Assembly (NCBI GenBank): GCA_041640575.1
Contig: JBEPZZ010000051.1
Coordinates: 1 to 12,447, forward strand
DNA: 12,447 nt
Source of the DNA: Pseudothermotoga sp.
Lineage (GTDB): Bacteria; Thermotogota; Thermotogae; Thermotogales; DSM-5069
Direction: 5' to 3'
Part shown: positions 1-7,594 of the stretch, piece by piece
Layout: every line of letters starts with the position of its first letter
Numbering within the stretch: the stretch's first letter is position 1
Notes under the pieces: generated by a model
What the model was told of the DNA's origin: nothing
Database searches by the model: none
What the model saw: only the letters and a program-made list of their open reading frames with translations
Translations under genes and position numbers: made by a program

Positions 1-45
1 CCATCAGTGGTCAATGAGATCTTGAAAAAACTTCTGGAGGGGTAA
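1..45 (+). CDS. 3' end of upstream gene (partial), resembles the C-terminus of a GatB/YqeY-domain protein
   Basis: Frame 1 reads PSVVNEILKKLLEG then TAA at 43-45, similar to the '(N)PxxVNExLKxxL' ending of GatB/YqeY domains. Only 14 residues are visible. Its last codons hold the GGAGG SD of the next gene. Confidence 0.45.
   Translation, partial: PSVVNEILKKLLEG
36..43 (+). promoter_or_regulatory. Shine-Dalgarno GGAGGGGT for the ORF starting at CTG 48
   Basis: GGAGG at 36-40 lies 7 nt before CTG 48-50, which is in frame with ORF 78..809. Confidence 0.65.
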
Positions 46-47
46 CT

Positions 48-809
48 CTGAAAAGAAGCATCACTGTCATTCTTTTTTTGATGGGCGTGACAATTCTTGG
101 CATCGATTTGAAGCTTTCTAACATTTCAGTTTACAACTTTGTGGACATAGACAGTTTTGCTTTTGTAGCTAAAGAAGATGATTTTCAAATTGGGTTTGTG
201 TTTAATGATTCACGAGAGATCTTCCAAAGATTTGGCCTTCTGAGATTCAAAATCTTTGATGCAATGTTGAAAACAGGTGTGACATTTGGCCGGAGTTTCA
301 CCACTATTCTGAAGCTAGATTTCAATTTATACGGTCTAACTCCTGGAAATTATTCATTTCACTTCCTCGTGAGTCCGATGAGAAGCTCAGCAGTTTTTAG
401 GATCAATCAAAAACTATTTCTCGCTAATAACGCTTTGAACCTATTTTGGTATGAAGAGTTTGGAAATAGTCCTTTTGGATTTGCTAGGATTGCCATAAGA
501 CAAAAAGATTTTTCATACGGTTTATATCGTGTTGAGAATGGTATTTTTCCGGGCGTCTTTCTTTACCCCGGTGGAAGACTTTCAGAAGAAGGCTTGTTTG
601 CAGGTATTGGATGGTTCAACGGGTTAGCGCAGTTCTTTTCGCTTAGGAAGAATCTTGGTTTAAAACAGTCCTCGATGATACTGGAACCCATGCTCATAGT
701 GAAACAAAATGAGTTAATTCCTGCGATGAAATTAGAAAGTATTGGTGGAAAATTGTCTCTTGACTTCTTCTTAATGCCGGGAAAGGTGTTGTTGCGTGTC
801 TGCTTTTAA
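48..809 (+). CDS. Hypothetical exported protein, possible outer-membrane beta-barrel (253 aa from CTG 48; ORF track starts at 78)
   Basis: Open frame to TAA 807-809. Starting at CTG 48 gives MKRSITVILFLMGVTILG-IDL (basic n-region plus hydrophobic h-region). The body is rich in Phe/Gly and beta-type patterns and ends ...GKVLLRVCF with a terminal Phe. No family recognised. Confidence 0.7.
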   Translation: MKRSITVILFLMGVTILGIDLKLSNISVYNFVDIDSFAFVAKEDDFQIGFVFNDSREIFQRFGLLRFKIFDAMLKTGVTFGRSFTTILKLDFNLYGLTPGNYSFHFLVSPMRSSAVFRINQKLFLANNALNLFWYEEFGNSPFGFARIAIRQKDFSYGLYRVENGIFPGVFLYPGGRLSEEGLFAGIGWFNGLAQFFSLRKNLGLKQSSMILEPMLIVKQNELIPAMKLESIGGKLSLDFFLMPGKVLLRVCF

Positions 810-1920
810 GTGTGGCTTGTACATACACGTCCCGTTTTGCAGGAGTAGATGTGCCTATTGTGATTTTGTATCTTACACTAATTTTGATATGGTTAAGGAA
901 TATTTCGAGGCTCTGGAGACGGAACTTGAGATATGGTCGGCAGAGCTTAATAAGCCTGTGATTGAAAGCATATACGTAGGTGGCGGAACCCCAAGCGACG
1001 TTGAACTGAATTATCTTTTTAAAGTATGCAAAAAAATCAGAGAACTCTTTGTGATAAAGCAACCTGAGATTACAATTGAGATAAACCCAGATTCTACATA
1101 CGATGTAAAACAGTTAGTCGATCTAGGGTTTAACAGGATAAGTGTAGGACTCCAAGCGGCAGATGACCTAGTTTTGAAAACGGTCAACAGAAGGCATACA
1201 GTTGACGATTTCAAAAAGACCTGGGAGTCAATTTCAAAGTACTTTGAAAACACAAATATTGATTTCATAGTAGGATTGCCTGGTGAAAGTGATCTGACGA
1301 TTCAGAACAACATAGAAGTAGTAAGATCCTTTCAACCCAAGCACGTATCTGTGTATGTGCTTGAGAAACACGATTTTGGAAATACACTTGAGGATGAATT
1401 GGTATGCTTGAGATACGAAAAATTTTTGAATGCACTGTTGGAAATGGGATACAAAAGGTACGAAATATCTAACTTTGCGGTCAGAGGGTATGAATGTAGA
1501 CACAACAAAAAGTACTGGAAAAATGAGGATTACATTGGTACTGGAATCTCAGCGGGCGGCCATTTGGGATTTACCAGATACGTCAACACGAAAAATATTG
1601 AGTTTTATATCGAAAGCATCAAACAAGGCAAACATCCTTATGAGTATTATGTAGAAAACAGCACAATACAGGAAGCAAAGGAAACCCTTTTTATGGGATT
1701 ACGCTTGGCCGAGGGTATAAGTGTAAAAAGGATTAAAAGACTTTTACCACAACTAGACATAGGAAGCCTTGCCGAAGGTTTGGAAAAATATGTTAGATTC
1801 GATGGAGATTTTCTTAGACTCACAGAGGAGGGTATGGATCATTCGGCTTGGGTCATTTGGAAGATTGTTGAAAGAGTCGAAAATTTTAGTAACTGTTGCT
1901 TCGCGTTAGGGGGTGATTGA
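796..1920 (+). CDS. hemW: Radical SAM heme chaperone HemW (HemN-like family)
   Basis: YIHVPFCRSRCAYC (CxxxCxxC), YVGGGTPS, EINP, NRISVGLQ, YEISNF and the HemW-typical HNxxYW (HNKKYW). 374 aa with no HemN N-terminal extension. GTG start preceded by AAGGTG; overlaps the previous ORF by 14 nt. Confidence 0.9.
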   Translation: MSAFKCGLYIHVPFCRSRCAYCDFVSYTNFDMVKEYFEALETELEIWSAELNKPVIESIYVGGGTPSDVELNYLFKVCKKIRELFVIKQPEITIEINPDSTYDVKQLVDLGFNRISVGLQAADDLVLKTVNRRHTVDDFKKTWESISKYFENTNIDFIVGLPGESDLTIQNNIEVVRSFQPKHVSVYVLEKHDFGNTLEDELVCLRYEKFLNALLEMGYKRYEISNFAVRGYECRHNKKYWKNEDYIGTGISAGGHLGFTRYVNTKNIEFYIESIKQGKHPYEYYVENSTIQEAKETLFMGLRLAEGISVKRIKRLLPQLDIGSLAEGLEKYVRFDGDFLRLTEEGMDHSAWVIWKIVERVENFSNCCFALGGD

Positions 1921-1922
1921 GG

Positions 1923-2504
1923 GTGATATTCTTAGAAAAGCCTGAGAAGTATAATTTTCACTATCCTGCAAATGTCGCGATTGTATGTTGTGAGTTTGAA
2001 GGTAGGACAAACATGATGACAGCCGCATGGCATACCCAACTTTCGCATGATCCACCCCTTTATGGTATTTCTATTTCGCCGAAAAGGTTAACTCACGACA
2101 TAATAATGAGTTCAAAGGAATTCACAGTCAATTTTATAAGATATGATCAAAGTAGAATGGCGGCATTTTTTGGTAAAACCTCCGGTCGTGATATAGACAA
2201 AATAAATGTGTTCGATGTCTATCTGGTTGAAGGGAAAAACGTTAGAGCACCAGTTCTTAAAGACAGTTATGCAGCCTATGAATGCAAGGTAACAGATATT
2301 CGTAAAGCTGGAGACCATACGTTCTTTATTGGTTTAATAGTAGGAGTGCACTATGATCCAAATGCTTTTACAACAATTTTGAATGTTCAACCAACTCTTT
2401 ATCTTGGTTCGGATAACTATGTAACAGTAGATCTATCAACTAAAAGGATCCACGACGAAAAGCAAGTTAAAGATTACTTATCTCGATGGGTCCAGGGTGT
2501 TTGA
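1923..2504 (+). CDS. Flavin reductase-like (flavoredoxin family) FMN-binding protein
   Basis: YPANVAIV, NMMTAAW, EFTVN, SGRDIDK, YECKV and GDHTFFIG match the flavin reductase family. The SD GGGGGTGAT at 1909-1917 fits GTG 1923; TTG 1917 (ORF track, TTGA overlap) is the alternative start. Confidence 0.85.
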   Translation: MIFLEKPEKYNFHYPANVAIVCCEFEGRTNMMTAAWHTQLSHDPPLYGISISPKRLTHDIIMSSKEFTVNFIRYDQSRMAAFFGKTSGRDIDKINVFDVYLVEGKNVRAPVLKDSYAAYECKVTDIRKAGDHTFFIGLIVGVHYDPNAFTTILNVQPTLYLGSDNYVTVDLSTKRIHDEKQVKDYLSRWVQGV

Positions 2505-2516
2505 GGTGATATATAA

Positions 2517-3494
2517 GTGACTGAACTTTCAGAATTACTTTTAAAGCTGACCGAATCCAAAAAAATTCTAAACATTACCCATTTGATGCCAGATGGAGAT
2601 GCAATCAGTTCTGTTGCAACACTCACAATGGCACTGAAGAAACTTGGAAAATCAACAATAGGGGTTATCGATGACAGGATACCACCAGAATATTTTGCGT
2701 TTCCAGGGGTCGAAGACTTGATCGGTTATGACAGATTTCTTGAAATGAATTTTACTCCAGATTTGATTGTTGTCCTGGATTGTTCATCGCCTGATAGAGT
2801 TGGTAGGTTTTCGGAAGTGCTCTCGCGAGCCACCGTTGTTGTGATAGACCACCACCAAACTAATGGATTCTTTGGCGATATGAACTGGGTAGACTCTTCT
2901 TATGCTGCGACTGCTCAAATGGTATTAGAACTGAACATGGCGCTAAACGTGGAATACGATGAAAATCTTGCAATGATAAACTACGTTGGCTTGGCAACAG
3001 ATAGCGGCTTTTTCAAATATTCCAACACAACTGCAAAGTTGCTAAAAGATGCGTCTAAACTTGTCGAGCTAGGGGCTAAACCCTATTTTGTTGCGTCCAC
3101 AATACTCGAGAACAAAACACCAAATCAATTTTTGCTACTTTCAAAAATGATCGAAAGAATGAAAATTGAAGATAGGATCGCTTATTCTGTGCTTACTTTT
3201 GAAGATTATGTGTCTTGTGGTTGTACTGATCAAGACAGTACCGGATTTGTATCAGAGCTCAGGTCTCTAAGGGATATAGAAGTTGCTATGATAGTAATAG
3301 AATATCCTAAGGGCCGCGTGCACGTGAGTTTGAGATCAAAGAATATCGTGGATGTTAGTAAAATAGCCGCCACTTTAGGTGGTGGGGGACATGCAAGAGC
3401 GGCGGGTTGTTCTTTCGAGAGTGCGGACCCATGGATCGTTCTAAACGAAGTTTTAACGCACGTTCGAAATGTTTTTGGGGGGTTTGGGAATTGA
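2517..3494 (+). CDS. nrnA: DHH/DHHA1 phosphoesterase (NrnA-like nanoRNase / pAp phosphatase / linear dinucleotide phosphodiesterase)
   Basis: THLMPDGDA (DxD), VVLDCS, DHH at 2847-2855, GLATDSG, SLRS and the DHHA1 motif GGGGHARAAG from 3378. Standalone 325 aa. SD GAGGTGAT at 2503-2510 precedes GTG 2517. Confidence 0.88.
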   Translation: MTELSELLLKLTESKKILNITHLMPDGDAISSVATLTMALKKLGKSTIGVIDDRIPPEYFAFPGVEDLIGYDRFLEMNFTPDLIVVLDCSSPDRVGRFSEVLSRATVVVIDHHQTNGFFGDMNWVDSSYAATAQMVLELNMALNVEYDENLAMINYVGLATDSGFFKYSNTTAKLLKDASKLVELGAKPYFVASTILENKTPNQFLLLSKMIERMKIEDRIAYSVLTFEDYVSCGCTDQDSTGFVSELRSLRDIEVAMIVIEYPKGRVHVSLRSKNIVDVSKIAATLGGGGHARAAGCSFESADPWIVLNEVLTHVRNVFGGFGN

Positions 3495-6400
3495 AAGTAC
3501 TTCAGTTTCTCAGAGAAACATATTGTGGTGACGAACATTTGGTTGAAGAGGATTCGCAGCTGAAGCGAATGAAAGTGATAAAGAGCGAAGCTGTCGGTAG
3601 TTCAAAAGCGGTTCTTTTAAATTTTGTTGCGGCGTTTTCGAGAATAAAACACCCTGGAATTATAGTACCCGAAAGTTTTGATTTGAGGGATAATCCTGTA
3701 ATATATTTTCCACATGTAAACGCTGAGCCGATTAAGAATCTCGATCCATCGAAAAAACTAGAGTTTGTAAGCTTCCTTCTTTCTCTGCTAAGAGAACTTC
3801 TCCACCACAGCATAGCCATACCAGTTCTTTCCTTGGATGACTTTCTGTTTTCTGACTCATTTTTCATGCTACCACCCTTTTGGTTCAACCATGAACAGCT
3901 ACCATCTGGCGAGAACATATTCGTTGCACCGGAATTCAAGGAAGAGGGGAGTTTCTCGGTTCTTTCAACTTCCTATGTTTTTGGAAAACTCATAGAACAC
4001 ATTTGTGGTGAAGCAGAAATCAAGGAGTTTGTTAAGGACTTCATCAACGAAGATCCTCGTAAGCGCAGGATTCATTTTTCCATACCCATGCATTTGTTCT
4101 CAGAAGTTTTTGAAGCAGGCAGAACACTGAGGTTGCGTCCCGTTTTGATCAAAAGGGAAGAAGCAGATCAAATTGTTGCTGAAGTTCTGAAGGAGGAAGT
4201 TGGTCTGAAAACCATCTTCGTCCAAGGACCTCAAAGATCTGGTAAGACCACAATACTTGATTTTGTTTCAACGGAGCTGAGAAGAGCTGGTGTTCCAGTA
4301 ATATGGGCTCGAAATCTTGACACACTCTTTTTAGGTGTTGTTCAACTATTGAGTAACGAAGAGTATAATCGTTTGGATAAGATAGATCAAAATTTTGTCG
4401 AAGATTTTATGGTAGGTAAGCAGTTATCGTTGGATCAAATAAACTTGGTTCTAGGAAAGATATTGAACAGAATTCCGAAATCGCTTATAGTGGTCGATGA
4501 TGTTCATGAAATTGAAATGTCATTGAGGTTTGCTCTTACGCAGTTACAATCGTTTAAGTTTCAGTCTCACCATGTTTTGATTGCATCTTCGAATGAAAAT
4601 AATATTCCACTTAGGTACGATCTTGTTCTTCATTTGAAACCTCTCGAATATTCAAAAACCGAAGAGCTCATATCAACTATGCTAGACGTACCTCCAAGCG
4701 AAGTTGTGACCGTGTCACAGTGGGCTTATACTGTTAGCAAAGGCTTACCTGGAAGAATCGTACAAGTAATCAGCGCAGCAATCAAGGCTGGAGCTCTTAG
4801 ATACATCGAAGACAAACTGATTTTTGATCCATCGAGCTTCACGTTACCTGAGTTCGAAATGATTATCGAGCACGATTTGAATTTGGAGAAATACAAGAAG
4901 AACTTTTTAAATTTGGTTGCCCTATGTGGTGAGAAATTTGATGTAGAGGATTTTGAAACACTGCTTGAAGCTTTAAAAGAGAAAAACTTGAAAAGCGATG
5001 TAATTCTTATGGACCTAATGAATGACGGCATTTTATACTGGGAAAACGGCCGATATCGATTCACCTTCAAAGAAATTTGGCAAAGGCTTTATGAAACAAT
5101 AGATGATGAGACCAAAGAGAATTATCATACATATCTTGCCAAAAAACTTCGTGATCCAGCAAAGCGAGCATGGCATCTGCTCATGCTTGGTAGAAAAGTT
5201 TCAGCTGCGTCTTTGTTTCTTCTTGCTGCAAGGTCCGAACTAAAAGCCTGTAATGAAATTTCAAAGGCGTTGACTTATTTAGAGGAAGCAGAAAAACTTT
5301 TCCCAGCAAGGGAAAGTTATGCTCTCATAAATCTTAAACTTCAGGCTTTCTTAATCAAACAAGATGCAAACATGCTTGAGAGATTAGCTTTGATTTTAGA
5401 GGGAAATCAAAAGTACATTTTCGAGCGATATGTTGCCTTAGTAGCTGCCAACAAGATAAATCTTGCATATGAGATAGAGGAAAAGTACCCGAGTATCTTC
5501 GAGGCAAAAACCGATTTTGCTAGGCTCAGAAAACTTTGTTGGAGAATTCGAAGAATGATATCCTCTGGCGAGGAAGTCTCTGAAGAACTAGTGAAAGAAA
5601 TTAGTATTTTATTGGATAAACTTAGCAAGCACAGGTTACATATTAGGTTGAAAGTTCAAGCAATGCTTCTAATTGCACTTATTAGGCAGGCTGCTCATCG
5701 AACACAGGCTTTAGAAATTCTAAACAAGATTAAGAAAATATCCGAAAAATACAATTTTCTGGACCTACTACCGTCGATTTTGAACACGTTGGCGGTAGAG
5801 CTTACGGTAAGCCAAGAATCTTCACGATTGTATGAGAAGATGATAGAAATTGGTCATAAGATTGGTTCAATTGGAACTATTCAAAGAGCTTTAAGCAACG
5901 TTGTTTGGTTAAGTCTATACCGTGGTGAGATAGAAAGGATGTTTATTAATATTTCAAGATTGAGACAAATGGCAAGCCTAACAGGTCGATTAGATCTTGA
6001 AGCTTATAGCTACTTTGTTGAAGGAAACTACCACACATACAATCATGAACTTGAAAGTGCAATTGACGATTTTTCAAGAGAACTTGCGATTGAGAAATAT
6101 CTAGGTATCGAGCAAAGAGCGCTCAGAGGACTTGTCACCGCTTACGCAATAAATGGAAGAATTGATGAGGCAGTCAAGTTGATAAAGGAAAACATTGATA
6201 ACGCTGCTATGAGAAATCCGAACTTTGTACAATTTCGTGACTTATTTTTGGCTCAATCCGACGAGGAGTTTCTCAATGCTTGGAAAGCTTTCCTTTACAG
6301 TGAAAAGCTGTACTGGCGAGAGGAAACATGTCAGATATTTGGGCCAAGGCTGATAAGAATAGATAGAGAAGGTTTCTCAAAATTTTTCGATCAGTCTCAA

Positions 6401-7594
6401 TTAAATAACATAAGAAATGGGGTGTATATAAGTCTTGCTCAAATATACGAAGGTGCAGCACTTGCTTACCAAGCTATAGGAGAAACACCAATCGCAATGA
6501 ATTACGCCGAGCGTGCAATATCGATATACAAAACGAAAAATTTGGAAAACGCTGCGAAGTGGCTTGAGAAGAAGTTAAACCTCAACACTCCCATTCTCCA
6601 AGCGATTTCGATTATTGATACTGCAAAAGAAAGTGTCGATCAAAAGGTAGCTGCTTTGCTAAACCATGTAAAAAGTTTGATTCAACAGATAACTAGTTTC
6701 CAGAGCCTAGCCCAGTACGCTTTGGACACACTGAAAGCGATTAGTGCTCAAGATCAATTGCTTCCGACTTTGGAATTTCTAGCATCACGAATAATGGGAT
6801 TACTCCCCTTATCTTCCGTAGCAATGATTGTGAAAGACGTGAAGGGGAGAATAGTAGAGAAAGTATCTTTTGATGTACCACATTTACCAGATCACTCAGT
6901 GTTTTCATACTCTCCCCTCGAAGTTTGTAGCATAATCCCCATTTACGAAGGTTACTCCTTGATTTTGTATGGTGCCAACAGTTCGCTACATCTTGACGAA
7001 ACCACAGGAATTGATCTTCTTAGAATGATGATTAGTATGCAAGAAGTTGCCGCGCATATAATCAAGAACATTCTTATATATCAGCAAAGTATCACCGATC
7101 CTTTGACAGGTTTATACAACCGTCGATATTTCACGATGAAACTTGAAGAAGAATTTGAGCGAGTAAATCGTTACGGTGGGCACTTCTCAGTAATTCTAGC
7201 TGATATCGACGATTTCAAGAAAATAAATGACAAATATGGACATGATGTTGGTGATGAGGTGCTGAAATTTATCTCGTCTGTCCTCAGGAGCTCTGTGAGA
7301 TCGGCAGATATACTTGGAAGGTACGGTGGAGAAGAGTTTTTGTTAATTCTTCCAAATACTCCAAAACAAAGCGCTATTGTGGTTGCAAAAAAAATCTTAG
7401 AATCAATAATTGATATGAATCCATTTGCATTTAGATTAACACTGAGTTTCGGTGTATCTGGTTACCCAGAAGATCCCGCGAAAAAACCAGAAGACATCAT
7501 AGTTTTTGCTGACAAGGCTATGTATGTTTCCAAAGAAAGGGGAAAGGCATGTGTCACGGCGTATCAGCAAAAAATTCCTACAGATAATGGATGA
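3491..7594 (+). CDS. Multidomain diguanylate cyclase: pseudokinase - STAND/AAA P-loop NTPase - TPR - GAF-like - GGDEF (~1367 aa)
   Basis: Likely start TTG 3491 (TTGA overlap with the nrnA stop, G-rich SD 3477-3483) rather than 3407. Kinase remnants: HPGII 3650, APE 3926-3934, DPRKR 4052-4066. Walker A GPQRSGKT 4226-4249, Walker B LIVVDD 4484-4501, GLP 4742-4750. Helical TPR-like region ~5160-6560. GGDEF domain begins TDPLTGLYNRR at 7094 and contains DIDDFKKINDKYGHDVGD, RxxD 7298-7309, GGEEF 7325-7339 and ADKAMY. Confidence 0.9.
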   Translation: MKVLQFLRETYCGDEHLVEEDSQLKRMKVIKSEAVGSSKAVLLNFVAAFSRIKHPGIIVPESFDLRDNPVIYFPHVNAEPIKNLDPSKKLEFVSFLLSLLRELLHHSIAIPVLSLDDFLFSDSFFMLPPFWFNHEQLPSGENIFVAPEFKEEGSFSVLSTSYVFGKLIEHICGEAEIKEFVKDFINEDPRKRRIHFSIPMHLFSEVFEAGRTLRLRPVLIKREEADQIVAEVLKEEVGLKTIFVQGPQRSGKTTILDFVSTELRRAGVPVIWARNLDTLFLGVVQLLSNEEYNRLDKIDQNFVEDFMVGKQLSLDQINLVLGKILNRIPKSLIVVDDVHEIEMSLRFALTQLQSFKFQSHHVLIASSNENNIPLRYDLVLHLKPLEYSKTEELISTMLDVPPSEVVTVSQWAYTVSKGLPGRIVQVISAAIKAGALRYIEDKLIFDPSSFTLPEFEMIIEHDLNLEKYKKNFLNLVALCGEKFDVEDFETLLEALKEKNLKSDVILMDLMNDGILYWENGRYRFTFKEIWQRLYETIDDETKENYHTYLAKKLRDPAKRAWHLLMLGRKVSAASLFLLAARSELKACNEISKALTYLEEAEKLFPARESYALINLKLQAFLIKQDANMLERLALILEGNQKYIFERYVALVAANKINLAYEIEEKYPSIFEAKTDFARLRKLCWRIRRMISSGEEVSEELVKEISILLDKLSKHRLHIRLKVQAMLLIALIRQAAHRTQALEILNKIKKISEKYNFLDLLPSILNTLAVELTVSQESSRLYEKMIEIGHKIGSIGTIQRALSNVVWLSLYRGEIERMFINISRLRQMASLTGRLDLEAYSYFVEGNYHTYNHELESAIDDFSRELAIEKYLGIEQRALRGLVTAYAINGRIDEAVKLIKENIDNAAMRNPNFVQFRDLFLAQSDEEFLNAWKAFLYSEKLYWREETCQIFGPRLIRIDREGFSKFFDQSQLNNIRNGVYISLAQIYEGAALAYQAIGETPIAMNYAERAISIYKTKNLENAAKWLEKKLNLNTPILQAISIIDTAKESVDQKVAALLNHVKSLIQQITSFQSLAQYALDTLKAISAQDQLLPTLEFLASRIMGLLPLSSVAMIVKDVKGRIVEKVSFDVPHLPDHSVFSYSPLEVCSIIPIYEGYSLILYGANSSLHLDETTGIDLLRMMISMQEVAAHIIKNILIYQQSITDPLTGLYNRRYFTMKLEEEFERVNRYGGHFSVILADIDDFKKINDKYGHDVGDEVLKFISSVLRSSVRSADILGRYGGEEFLLILPNTPKQSAIVVAKKILESIIDMNPFAFRLTLSFGVSGYPEDPAKKPEDIIVFADKAMYVSKERGKACVTAYQQKIPTDNG

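Noticed and set aside
796..1920. True coproporphyrinogen dehydrogenase HemN or a RiPP-modifying radical SAM
   Set aside because: Length, lack of the HemN N-terminal extension and the HNxxYW motif fit HemW. There is no SPASM domain or precursor peptide.
3407..3490. 28-aa N-terminal extension of the cyclase in the ORF track
   Set aside because: It overlaps the conserved DHHA1 end of nrnA and has no SD. TTG 3491 has a G-rich SD and a TTGA overlap, and it begins at the kinase-like fold.
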